Position numbers and translations under genes: made by a program
Notes under the pieces: generated by a model
Told to the model about the DNA's origin: nothing
What the model saw: the letters and a program-made list of their open reading frames with translations, nothing else
Database searches by the model: none
NCBI RefSeq assembly: GCF_008000775.2
Contig: NZ_CP042905.2
Span: 3,900,001-3,932,000, forward strand
Length of the DNA: 32,000 nucleotides
Source of the DNA: Promethearchaeum syntrophicum
GTDB taxonomy: Archaea > Asgardarchaeota > Lokiarchaeia > Sigyniarchaeales > Promethearchaeaceae
Reading direction: 5' to 3'
In this document: positions 17,438 through 27,189 of the stretch, piece after piece
Layout of the letters: each line of letters opens with the position of its first letter
Position numbering within the stretch: the first letter of the stretch is position 1

Positions 17438-19321
17438 TCACTTTTGTTTTCGATCTTGAAATTTAAAAGAAAACTCAAACGAATCTCCAAAACTGCGAAA
17501 TTCAACTTTAAATGGAGTGGTTTTAATGATATGCATCATAGGGTAATTTTCTGCCAAAATTTCTCCGATAAATCCCGAGATTCCTTTTTCTTGAGCAATT
17601 TCAGTTAATTGATTTACCATATACTTAGTTAAACCTTTTCCTCGATATTCTTCGGTAACGGTAAATGCGATCTCAGCCATATTCGTAGATCGATCTAAAT
17701 AAAAACTTCCTGCCGCAACAATTTGTTCTTTATCTTCATCACCTAAAATTCCAAATAACATAAATGAAGTTTCATGATCAACATTTACCTTAGGTTGAGT
17801 TTCTTGATGAGGAAATGCCTTTCTTGGAGCAAAGAACCTTAGAATTCTATCACCAGTACTTAGTTTATAATATAAATCTTGCAAAAGCCGTTCATCGGTG
17901 GGTTTAGCGGGTCGGAAGAATATTTTCTCTTTCGATTTTGTTGTGAAAAAACTCTCATACTGATCAGGATATATTACAACAACACCATTTTGTGTAAGGG
18001 GAATCATCTGATCTTCATATACATAATGCATTTTTTTGGCTTTTTCTAATAAATCTTGTCTGAATTTTGGATGCGCGATCCCTATCATTTGAAGAACGCG
18101 ATCCCTTATTGGTCTTCCATGCAAAAAGGCAATTCCATACTCTGTGACAATATAATGAACGTCAGAACGGGTAATTACAACCCCTGCACCCGGTTCTAAA
18201 GTTGCAACGATCCTTGATTTTTTACCATCTGCAGTAGTACTCGGAACACATATAATAGGTTTTCCACCACGAGACATAGCAGCACCTCGTGTAAAATCAA
18301 CTTGACCTCCGATACCACTATAAAAAGTTTCTCCTATGCTGTCCGAATTGACCTGTCCCGTTATCGAGACACTTAATGCTGCATTAATCGAAACTTGTTT
18401 AGTATTATTTGCTATATTGAAAACATTATTGATGAATTCAGTTGGATGAAATTTAATAAAGGGATTTTCATTCACGAAATCGTATAATTTTCTCGACCCC
18501 ATAACAAAAGATGTCATTACGTGAGGATATTGGTTTTTTGTACAGTTTACCACTTCTGAATTTATTAAATCTATAGCAGAATCGGATAAAACTTCACTAT
18601 AAATAGCTAAATCTTTCTTATCTTTTAAATGATTTAACGCAGCATTAGGAATACTACCAATACCGAATTGGACGGTTGACCCATTCTCAATAAGTCGAGC
18701 AACTAAATCACCAATTTTATCAGATCTCTCATCAATAGGAGGATATTCGAATTCTATTAAAGGAGAATCGTGATATACAAAATAATCGATATCCCTCATA
18801 AATATAAATGAATCTCCCATTGTTCTTGGCATTTGTGGATTGATTTGTGCAATTACTATCTTTGCTTCCTTTGCTAAGGTACGATTAACATCAACATTTA
18901 TACCAAGAGAGCAAAATCCGAATCTATCGGGTGGTGAGACTTGAAGCAATGCAACATCAGCATGCATTCTCCCCAATTGAAAAATTCGAGGAATATCACT
19001 AAGAGCAATTGGAACATAATCTGCTTTTCCTTGATTTACAGCTTCACGTATTGAAGGTCCACCGATAAAAAGACAGATATGACGAAAGAGAGATGGATTT
19101 CTCTCATCGAAAAACTTACTATTCGAGAGTGAGAGAAAATGAATGATCTCGCAATCTACATAGCGCCATTTCGTTTTGATTAATTCACTGGTTAGAATCA
19201 AAGGTTCAGAACAACCAGAACCAATAAAAATTCGAGAACCTGGCTGAATTATTCCTGATAATCCCTCAGGTTTAATTTCCTTTTTTTTATATTTAGATCG
19301 CCAATCAAAAGTATTTACCAT
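17438..19321 (-). CDS. Acetyl-CoA hydrolase/transferase family protein fused to a C-terminal Pat-type GNAT domain
   Basis: CoA-transferase strings: IGSGCSEP, YSEVLSDS, SGIGGQVDFTRGAA. GNAT half (aa about 467-627, nt 17441-17923): FFRPAKPTDERLLQDLYYKLSTGDRILRFF and YRGKGLTKYM. Confidence 0.8.
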   Translation of the reverse strand: MVNTFDWRSKYKKKEIKPEGLSGIIQPGSRIFIGSGCSEPLILTSELIKTKWRYVDCEIIHFLSLSNSKFFDERNPSLFRHICLFIGGPSIREAVNQGKADYVPIALSDIPRIFQLGRMHADVALLQVSPPDRFGFCSLGINVDVNRTLAKEAKIVIAQINPQMPRTMGDSFIFMRDIDYFVYHDSPLIEFEYPPIDERSDKIGDLVARLIENGSTVQFGIGSIPNAALNHLKDKKDLAIYSEVLSDSAIDLINSEVVNCTKNQYPHVMTSFVMGSRKLYDFVNENPFIKFHPTEFINNVFNIANNTKQVSINAALSVSITGQVNSDSIGETFYSGIGGQVDFTRGAAMSRGGKPIICVPSTTADGKKSRIVATLEPGAGVVITRSDVHYIVTEYGIAFLHGRPIRDRVLQMIGIAHPKFRQDLLEKAKKMHYVYEDQMIPLTQNGVVVIYPDQYESFFTTKSKEKIFFRPAKPTDERLLQDLYYKLSTGDRILRFFAPRKAFPHQETQPKVNVDHETSFMLFGILGDEDKEQIVAAGSFYLDRSTNMAEIAFTVTEEYRGKGLTKYMVNQLTEIAQEKGISGFIGEILAENYPMMHIIKTTPFKVEFRSFGDSFEFSFKFQDRKQK

Positions 19322-19387
19322 ACAAATTATTAATTGTTTTTTCCCTTAAATTAATTAATCAATATGAAATATCATTAATATCAAAAA

Positions 19388-20959
19388 ATGAAAATTTTTC
19401 CTCCAGCAGATGTATTCTCTCCAAAACAATGGTTATCGATTATTGGAGCTGATCTTTCTGCATGTATCTTATGGGCCAGTCATTTTATTTTTGAATACAA
19501 TGCGTGCATAAAAATTGGATTAGAATTGTATATTTTAGCTATATGCTATTTGGGATGCGTTTTAGGAGGTCTATTTGCGTTAAAAATAATCCCAAAAATG
19601 AATTATTATTTTGCATTTCTTCTTTTTCTTAGCTTAGATATCATGTCATTAATCGTACTAATTACTGTAGAAAATCCAATTATTGTCATTATTACTCTTT
19701 TTGGAGCTGGATTCTTTGGTAGTTCATTTACGGGTTTAATCTTTATTCAATTCTCATACGCATTACCTGATCCAAAATTTAATGGTCGAGCTAATTGTGG
19801 AGGATATTTTGTTATCAATTTACTAATAGTTTTTATGATCGTAATTAATTCCAATTTACCATTGATGAATATTATTTTTTTAATTGCAATCTTCACAATC
19901 ATTATAATTTCAACATTAATTGGGAAATCTGATGTAAATTTACCCCCTCAATCATCATTAAGAATTACTAAATATATTTTTGATAAGAAAAATATTGCTG
20001 AAATTTTTATTGCTTTTTTCTGGGGATTTTTCTTAACTATCCCTTTTTATTCAACATTTTTAATTTATGAGGGAATTATTTTACAAGAATTCTTCAATAC
20101 ATTCGTTCTAATTTTGTTTATTACATTTGTAATTAGTTTATTCATAGCTGGGCAAATTTATGATATTTTAGGCAGAAAAGTTGGAATGTTATTAGGATTA
20201 GGAATTCAAGCATTATCATTTTTATTGATTGTTATTATTAATGATGAATATTATTTAGATTATATTTTCCCAATTGTTTTAGGTATAGGTACTACATTTT
20301 TCTTAACGAGTATACCACTAATTTTTGTAGAGATTACGCCTAAAAAATTAATTCGCGATAAAATGAGCTTAGCCTACATTTTCATGGGTTTAGGAATGAT
20401 TTTTGCAGTAGTCATTGCAGAACTATTAAAAAACGAATTTTTAAAAGGTTTTTCGTATCTTGTAGTCTATTTACTTTTCATGTTTCTAATTGCCGCTATT
20501 TTTATATCTCAAATCAAAGAAACACTTCCATCCAAACAAGAACTTGAATGGCAAGGAGAAATGCAATACCTATTCATCTATTTCAAATCAGGGGTCACCA
20601 TTTATAATCAAGATCTTACCAAATTAGGAAAAAAAACTTATTATCGTGAAGATTCTGAGATATTGTTAGGGGGTGCATTAGTTGCGGTCTCATCAATTTT
20701 TAACGAAATTTTGAGAGAAAGGAAGATTATCAAAATAATTAAACAAGAAAATTTCACAATTCACATTGAAGAAGGAAAACACGTGATCATGGCACTGATT
20801 GCCCTTCATGAAATAAAAAAGATTCGTTCCAAAATGCAAGAGTTTCTGGATGATTTTGAAGATTTTTTTGAAGATGCGCTTGTTAAAGGTATCGCAGAAA
20901 CGCAACTCTTTATGCCAACTACAAAAATTGTTCAAAAACACTTCTTCAATTATTGGTGA
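19388..20959 (+). CDS. MFS-type transporter (12 predicted TM) with a C-terminal soluble domain of about 135 aa
   Basis: Two bundles of six hydrophobic segments are separated by a loop. MFS motif-A-like GQIYDILGRKVGMLLGLG follows the first TM of the second half. The soluble tail runs from about aa 385 (nt 20540). Confidence 0.7.
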   Translation: MKIFPPADVFSPKQWLSIIGADLSACILWASHFIFEYNACIKIGLELYILAICYLGCVLGGLFALKIIPKMNYYFAFLLFLSLDIMSLIVLITVENPIIVIITLFGAGFFGSSFTGLIFIQFSYALPDPKFNGRANCGGYFVINLLIVFMIVINSNLPLMNIIFLIAIFTIIIISTLIGKSDVNLPPQSSLRITKYIFDKKNIAEIFIAFFWGFFLTIPFYSTFLIYEGIILQEFFNTFVLILFITFVISLFIAGQIYDILGRKVGMLLGLGIQALSFLLIVIINDEYYLDYIFPIVLGIGTTFFLTSIPLIFVEITPKKLIRDKMSLAYIFMGLGMIFAVVIAELLKNEFLKGFSYLVVYLLFMFLIAAIFISQIKETLPSKQELEWQGEMQYLFIYFKSGVTIYNQDLTKLGKKTYYREDSEILLGGALVAVSSIFNEILRERKIIKIIKQENFTIHIEEGKHVIMALIALHEIKKIRSKMQEFLDDFEDFFEDALVKGIAETQLFMPTTKIVQKHFFNYW

Positions 20960-21017
20960 TTAATCGAAATTACGATCGAAAAACTATAAATAAATCAGTT
21001 CTTTTGTAAAAGGTACT

Positions 21018-22124
21018 ATGTCTCCTACCAAACAGTTTAATCCAGATGGTAAAGATTTTAAGCTTTTCACTCCGGGACCAGTTGAATCACCAGAATGGGT
21101 CCTAAAAGAAATGGGAAAAGCCAATGATACTCACAGAAGCCTAGCATATCGAGAAATGCATAGATCAATTAGAACGAATTTACAGAAATTGTTAAGTACA
21201 AAAAATGAGATTTTGATTTTTGCTAACTCGGGAACGGGAATTTTAGAAGCTTGCGTAAGGAATTTACTTAAAGATGACGAAACCGGACTATTTTTCACTT
21301 GTGGTGCCTTCGGAGATAGATGGATATCGATAGCAAAAATGAATGGTAAAAAATCTGATGTTGTATCGGTTGATTGGGGTAAAGGAATCTCTCCAGAAAT
21401 AGTTAAAACTGCACTGAGTAAGAAAAAATATCCTGTTGTGTTTATTACATTTAATGAAACATCTACTGGAGTCTTAAACCCATTAGAAATAATTGGACCA
21501 ATGGTAAAAGAGAGTGGAGCTTTATTATGTGTTGATTGTGTATCGGGAATGGGAGGAACAAGATTAAATGTTGACGAATGGGGTATTGATGTGGCCCTAG
21601 CATCCGTTCAAAAGAGTTTTGGAATCCCTCCAGGCATATCTATTTGTTCAATATCGGAACGAACATTCGAGAAGGCTAAAACTGTTGAAAATCGTGGATT
21701 TTACTTTGATTTTCTTAAATTGAAGAAGAAGGGAGAATCTGATGAACATCCAATCACCCCTCCAATTCCGCAAATTCGAACATTAAAAACCGTTTTAGAA
21801 CGAATTATTGCCGAAGATCCTGAGAATTTTTATAAAGGTCATACTGAAAGAACGCAAATGATAAGAGATTGGGCAATCAAAAATGGATTTGAGATTTTTA
21901 GTGAAGAAGGATATCACAGTCAAACCGTTGTAACCATTACCAATAATAAAAATATTGATGTTGCAAAATTTGTTAATGATATGTTTGAAAGTGGGTATAA
22001 GATTGTGAATGGATACGGATCTCTTAAGGGTAAAACTTTTAGAATGGCTCCAATGGGTTGGATCACAAAAGAAGAAACTCAAAAAATGTTAGATACTGCA
22101 AGTAAAGTGTTAAAAGCGCTTTAA
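21018..22124 (+). CDS. Class-V pyridoxal-phosphate aminotransferase (probable phosphoserine / serine-glyoxylate type)
   Basis: FTPGPV N-terminus. PLP-Lys context SVQKSFGIPPG. It lies immediately upstream (20 nt) of a serA-like gene. Confidence 0.8.
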   Translation: MSPTKQFNPDGKDFKLFTPGPVESPEWVLKEMGKANDTHRSLAYREMHRSIRTNLQKLLSTKNEILIFANSGTGILEACVRNLLKDDETGLFFTCGAFGDRWISIAKMNGKKSDVVSVDWGKGISPEIVKTALSKKKYPVVFITFNETSTGVLNPLEIIGPMVKESGALLCVDCVSGMGGTRLNVDEWGIDVALASVQKSFGIPPGISICSISERTFEKAKTVENRGFYFDFLKLKKKGESDEHPITPPIPQIRTLKTVLERIIAEDPENFYKGHTERTQMIRDWAIKNGFEIFSEEGYHSQTVVTITNNKNIDVAKFVNDMFESGYKIVNGYGSLKGKTFRMAPMGWITKEETQKMLDTASKVLKAL

Positions 22125-22144
22125 AATGGTTGAGATGATTCAAA

Positions 22145-23125
22145 ATGTCAGATAAAAAATTTAAAATTCTTGTTGCCGACAATTGCAGCAAATCTGGTTT
22201 AGATGAAGGTTTAGAAACATATAACAATATACAAATAGATATTCGAACAAAGCATACTGAAGAAGAATTAATTGAAATGATCCCAGAATATGATGCAATG
22301 ATTGTGAGAAGCGCAACTAAGGTGACAGCTCCAGTAATTGAAGCAGCAACAAATCTTAAGATAATCGCACGAGCAGGGGCCGGTTATAATAATATTGATG
22401 TTGAAGTATGTAATAAAAAAGGAATTGCAGTAATTATCACTCCCACCGGTAACACAAATGCGGTAATCGAATTAACACTAGGTTTAATGCTCAGTTGGGT
22501 TAGGCATATTAGTATAGCAAACCAATCAATGAAAGATGGAAAATGGGAAAAGAAAAAATTAAAAGGATCAGAATTAAAGGGAAAAACTCTCGGTATTCTA
22601 GGTATTGGTCGAATTGGGGCAGGAGTTTCAAAAATTTGTCAAGCATTTGAAATGAAAACTATTGCTTATGATGTTTTTGTTTCTAAAGAGTATGCAAAAT
22701 CAATTGGCGTTGATCTTTATGAAGATTTTAACGAATTTCTTTCAGAAGTCGATTTCTTAAGTTTACACGTGCCGGTTACTGATTCCACCCGAGGTATGAT
22801 AGGAAAAGAGCAATTTGAAATTATGAAAGATACCGCAGTGATTGTCAATTGTGCGCGCGGTGCTGTCATTAATGAAAAGGAACTTTATGACGCACTTAGT
22901 AATAAAAAAATTGGAGGCGCTTGTATTGATGTTTATTCCAAAGAACCAGCATCCAAAGAAGATTTTCCTTATATCGGTTTAGATAATGTTGTATGCACGC
23001 CTCATTTAGGAGCAAGTAGTAAAGAAGCTCAGGTTAATGTAGCTATGTTGGCAGCAAACGGAATTGCTCAATATTTAAATGACAATAAGCTCATTAACTG
23101 TGTTAACGAAAAAAGTATTAAATAA
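22145..23125 (+). CDS. serA: D-3-phosphoglycerate dehydrogenase-like 2-hydroxyacid dehydrogenase (short form, no ACT domain)
   Basis: NAD fold GILGIGRIGAGV. Catalytic region NCARGAVI...TPHLGASS. At 326 aa there is no room for a C-terminal ACT/ASB extension. Confidence 0.8.
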   Translation: MSDKKFKILVADNCSKSGLDEGLETYNNIQIDIRTKHTEEELIEMIPEYDAMIVRSATKVTAPVIEAATNLKIIARAGAGYNNIDVEVCNKKGIAVIITPTGNTNAVIELTLGLMLSWVRHISIANQSMKDGKWEKKKLKGSELKGKTLGILGIGRIGAGVSKICQAFEMKTIAYDVFVSKEYAKSIGVDLYEDFNEFLSEVDFLSLHVPVTDSTRGMIGKEQFEIMKDTAVIVNCARGAVINEKELYDALSNKKIGGACIDVYSKEPASKEDFPYIGLDNVVCTPHLGASSKEAQVNVAMLAANGIAQYLNDNKLINCVNEKSIK

Positions 23126-23128
23126 TAG

Positions 23129-23141
23129 TTTTTTCTTTTTT
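23129..23141 (+). terminator. Oligo-T tract (T6-C-T6) after serA
   Basis: The tract directly follows the tandem stops TAA TAG at 23123-23128. Confidence 0.4.
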
Positions 23142-23281
23142 ATCTCCTATTTTTCAATTTCCAAAATGACGTAATTCTTTTTATTTCGTTAGTTTTATTA
23201 GAAAGTTAAGGAGGAAATTTTACGACTAATGACACTAACGAAGTAAAACAAGTCCAACTCGTAATTGATCGCAATGATATT

Positions 23282-24583
23282 ATGGTAAAACAATTTGTTG
23301 CGGGGATTTGGGAAGGAATAAATCCTTTTTTGGGTTTTTCTTACAACACTTCTTTACCAATTGATGGTTGCGCCGCATACATTAAAGGAAAAATTTCTGT
23401 TCCCACTACAAAAACTAAAACTGAAGATGGAATTAGAATTGCAGTTGAATTCCCACAACCTATCAAATCAGGTGAAAAATACGTATATGAGTTACAATTG
23501 TTATTAAATCAATCATGTATTGAAAAAATTGGCAACCTCAATGTTTTTGAATGGCCTAAAGAGAATTTAACAGAAATTGTCTTCTTACAAAATGCTGGTA
23601 AAATTTTTTTCAGCTCAGCCTTAGCAAAAATTGTGTTTAATGCCAAGGAGAAAACGCGTTGCATCGTGCCTGGTATATTTGCAAAATCATTGGTGTCTCA
23701 CGCTTCCAAATCGTCAGGTATTAGGATTGAATGGGGAAGTGCACCAACCTATCGAATAAATTGCCACTACCAACTTCTTAATTTGGGCTCCAATGATGCT
23801 AAAAATGTAGAATTCAGCTCTTATATTCCTCCCACAACAAAATTCCAAAATGTTTCTAATCGTGTACATTCTCAAACGAAAATTGTAAAAGATGACGATA
23901 ACAATTCAATCATCAAATTCACTATTCAAGACATCCCAGCAGGGCAAACCAAATACATATCTTTTAATATTGAAGTTGAACCGAAAGGTAATCTTGGTGT
24001 AATGCTTCCGAATTTTGGAAAGTGGACTGAATACCACGAAATAACAAAAGAAGGCAGTCTCGGTGAAAAAATGTTAAAACCGTCCACATTTTGGCCAATT
24101 TTTGATCCTGAGATTCAAGATTTAATTGTAGCTTTAAAAAAATCCTCGATTAACGCTTCAACCTTCATTAAACTTGCTTTTGAATTTGTAAATCGAAAAA
24201 TTCGCTATGAAATAAATGGTTTTAGAGATAATGCCGCAAGCGCATTGCACTTAAGGAGAGGAGATTGTTCGGAAATATCAGATTTATTTGTATCAATATT
24301 GCGTGGGGGAGGAATTCCCGCCAGAATCGTACATGGATGGACGATAAATCCAGATGATCAATCGTTAAATAATAAAGGACACGCATGGTGCGAATTTTAC
24401 TCTCCATCTGCAAGAACATGGCGACAATGTGATCCTACTTGGGGATTTCTTACGGGAGTATCTTGTCAACACATTTGCCGTCAAAGAGAAGGATTAAATC
24501 TTGAGCAAAATACATTTTTCTGGTCTTATAAAGGGGCAACTGAGTTAGAAGTGAAGGAAACAATTTCTTACCAGATGCTATAG
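23282..24583 (+). CDS. Transglutaminase-like cysteine protease-fold protein with a beta-rich N-terminal region
   Basis: C-terminal core with Cys-His-Asp order: RRGDCSEISDLFVSILRGGGIPARIVHGW, GHAWCEFY, DPTWG. Confidence 0.8.
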   Translation: MVKQFVAGIWEGINPFLGFSYNTSLPIDGCAAYIKGKISVPTTKTKTEDGIRIAVEFPQPIKSGEKYVYELQLLLNQSCIEKIGNLNVFEWPKENLTEIVFLQNAGKIFFSSALAKIVFNAKEKTRCIVPGIFAKSLVSHASKSSGIRIEWGSAPTYRINCHYQLLNLGSNDAKNVEFSSYIPPTTKFQNVSNRVHSQTKIVKDDDNNSIIKFTIQDIPAGQTKYISFNIEVEPKGNLGVMLPNFGKWTEYHEITKEGSLGEKMLKPSTFWPIFDPEIQDLIVALKKSSINASTFIKLAFEFVNRKIRYEINGFRDNAASALHLRRGDCSEISDLFVSILRGGGIPARIVHGWTINPDDQSLNNKGHAWCEFYSPSARTWRQCDPTWGFLTGVSCQHICRQREGLNLEQNTFFWSYKGATELEVKETISYQML

Positions 24584-24719
24584 ATTGAATTTTGATAATT
24601 ATCAAATTTTTCAATTTTATGCACCTTTAGAATAAAATAATTTTTCATTCAAATCCAAATGTAAACTTTATAATACAAAATATTAAAAATCTAAATTTTC
24701 TTAAAATATCAGAGTTAAA

Positions 24720-25577
24720 ATGGTTAAATTAGATTTAACGGGAAAAATTTGTCTCATTACAGGGGGAAACGCAGGAATCGGCAAAGAAACAGCGAAAGGA
24801 ATAGCAAAATTAGGTGCAACTGTAATCTTAGCATGTAGAAATCTAGAAAAAGGAAAACGAGCAATGCAAGAAATTTCACAATTTTCTGGTAACTCTAATA
24901 TTGATATATTTGAATGTAACTTATCTCAACCTGAGTCTATTCGTAAATTTGTTTCTAAATTCACAGATAAATATTCCCAATTACATATTCTTATCAATAA
25001 TGCTGCAGGTTTTTTCTATAAACGCCAAGAAACCAAGGAAGGATATGAGCTGACTTTCGCAACAAATTACCTCGGCCCCTTTCTATTGACTAATTTGTTA
25101 TTGGATACAATGAAAGTAAGTTCCCCAGCTCGAATAATAAATGTCTCCTCGAATGGACAAATGATGGCAAAACTCACGGAAAAAAACATTATGCTAAAAA
25201 AAGGCTATTCCAGCATTAAAGCCTATGGAAATTCCAAACTTGCCTTAACTATGTTTACTTATGAGTTGGCCCACCGATTGAATGGGACGGGAATAGATGT
25301 AAATGCAGTTCATCCGGGAGAAATTAAGACAGGTTTTGGAGTATCAAATGCTCCTTGGTATTTTAAACCCATGCATGCACTGGGAAGTCTCTTCAAGAAA
25401 ACTCCAGAAAAAGGTGCTATTACTTCAATTTATCTTGCTTCATCTCCGGAAGTCGAAGGAGTGACAGGAAAATATTTTATTAAATGTCAACCCAAGCGAT
25501 CTACAAAAAAATCTTATAATATTGAGTGGCATCATAAAATTTGGGCAATAGGAAAAAAATTAACGGGATTACAGTAA
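24720..25577 (+). CDS. Short-chain dehydrogenase/reductase (retinol-dehydrogenase-like classical SDR)
   Basis: TGGNAGIGKET (TGxxxGxG), NNAA, YGNSK (YxxxK). Confidence 0.9.
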   Translation: MVKLDLTGKICLITGGNAGIGKETAKGIAKLGATVILACRNLEKGKRAMQEISQFSGNSNIDIFECNLSQPESIRKFVSKFTDKYSQLHILINNAAGFFYKRQETKEGYELTFATNYLGPFLLTNLLLDTMKVSSPARIINVSSNGQMMAKLTEKNIMLKKGYSSIKAYGNSKLALTMFTYELAHRLNGTGIDVNAVHPGEIKTGFGVSNAPWYFKPMHALGSLFKKTPEKGAITSIYLASSPEVEGVTGKYFIKCQPKRSTKKSYNIEWHHKIWAIGKKLTGLQ

Positions 25578-25745
25578 CTTCTATTTATTTTAATCTAATA
25601 CTCACTAAATTTGTTTTCTTCTTTGAATTCATAATAAATGATACCTAGTGGAAGGAACTAGAATATAACTGTTTTAGAGAGATTTTAATAAGTATTTATG
25701 GGTTAAAATTCAATTTAAATAAAAAGCATAATTAGATCAACCATT

Positions 25746-27188
25746 ATGACATTTGATATTGATCTCGCCGAATATGCAGTTGAATATGGAAAGTCTCACA
25801 ATGTTGACTATATTGAGGCACGTTTAGTCATTGCACGTGAAGAGAGTTATTCAACCCGAAACGGGGAAATACTAGGAGCTGGAATCACACCTACCTCGGG
25901 AATAGGAATCAGAGTTTTAAACAAGGGAAGTGTAGGATTCACATCCACTGCAAAATTAAATAGAAATTCAATAGAGGATGCAGTCAAAAATGCAGTCAAA
26001 TACGCCAATGCCAATAATCGAAAAAATCCGATAAAGTTCTCGGAAGAAAAAGCGATTCAAACCAAATGGAGCTCTCCATTTAAAATTCGATTTGAAGATG
26101 TAGCAATTGAAGAGAAGCAAAAATTTTTGATGGGGATTGATGCAGAACTCGAAAAGGAATTTGGAAAGGATCTTCCGAACCGAATTATTCTACTGAATTT
26201 GAACAGTGAACAAAAATACATTGTAAACAGTGATGGGTCAAGCATCGAATCCGAATTGTATATTCCAACTATCCATACCTTTAATACTGCTATCGGAAAA
26301 AGTGGCACCGAACAGAGAATGCTTGGAAGAGGAGGAACAGCTGGTTGGGAGTGGTTTTCTAATAACACTTTGTTAGATGAAATTATGGCTGATAACCGTT
26401 CATTAATAAAAACCGCAAAAAATGCAGTTGAAATGAATTTAGGAAAAATTGATGTTGTTGTTTCCAGTGAAGTTGCGGGGATTATGGCTCATGAAAATGT
26501 AGGACATCCCAGTGAAAGTGATCGAATCTTAGGACGTGAAGGAGCTCAAGCGGGTGAATCTTTTTATTTAGATTTGCTTAAAGAAGGCGAGATTGGAAAT
26601 ATAAAAATGGGAAATCCGGAAGTTACAATTGTTGATGATCCCTCTCTACCTGGAAGTTCTGGATTTTACTTATATGATGATGAATGCGTTAAAGCAAGAC
26701 CCCGAGAACTCATAAAAAATGGAATGCTTAATGAATTATTATTAAATCGCGAATTCGCCGAAAGATATGACTTAGAATCTAATGGATCTGCGAGAGCAAT
26801 AACATATGATCGTGAGCCAATCGTTCGCATGGCCAATACATACTTTAAACCAGGGTCTTTTACCTTAGATGAAATGGTTGAGGATATTAAGGAAGGAATG
26901 TATATGAAGAGTTTTACCGAATGGAATATCGATGATCGACGATTCCAAAGCAAATATGTCGGATTAGAATGTTATCTGATCAAAGATGGCCAGATAACTG
27001 ATCAAATGATAAAACGACCAGTTTTGGAACTAACTACCTTTGGAATATTAGGAAGTGTCGATGCAGTTTCCAAAGAATTTGATGCACCACATGGAATCTG
27101 TGGAAAGTGTGATCCCATGCAAGGTGTCCCAGTATGGATGGGCGGGGGAGAAGTTAGAATGAGAAATATTACATTAGGAGGGAATTAA
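25746..27188 (+). CDS. tldD: TldD-family metalloprotease
   Basis: HExxxH motif in MAHENVGHPSE, plus the C-terminal GxC motif region GICGKCDPMQGVP. Confidence 0.9.
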   Translation: MTFDIDLAEYAVEYGKSHNVDYIEARLVIAREESYSTRNGEILGAGITPTSGIGIRVLNKGSVGFTSTAKLNRNSIEDAVKNAVKYANANNRKNPIKFSEEKAIQTKWSSPFKIRFEDVAIEEKQKFLMGIDAELEKEFGKDLPNRIILLNLNSEQKYIVNSDGSSIESELYIPTIHTFNTAIGKSGTEQRMLGRGGTAGWEWFSNNTLLDEIMADNRSLIKTAKNAVEMNLGKIDVVVSSEVAGIMAHENVGHPSESDRILGREGAQAGESFYLDLLKEGEIGNIKMGNPEVTIVDDPSLPGSSGFYLYDDECVKARPRELIKNGMLNELLLNREFAERYDLESNGSARAITYDREPIVRMANTYFKPGSFTLDEMVEDIKEGMYMKSFTEWNIDDRRFQSKYVGLECYLIKDGQITDQMIKRPVLELTTFGILGSVDAVSKEFDAPHGICGKCDPMQGVPVWMGGGEVRMRNITLGGN

Positions 27189-27189
27189 G

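Noticed and set aside
24591-24606. Perfect 16-bp palindrome TTTGATAATTATCAAA just after the transglutaminase-like gene stop, followed by a short T run
   Set aside because: It is almost entirely A/T. By a rough estimate from the approximate base composition, about one such 8+8 palindrome is expected by chance in 32 kb of this sequence. The hairpin would also be very weak. It cannot be separated from background.
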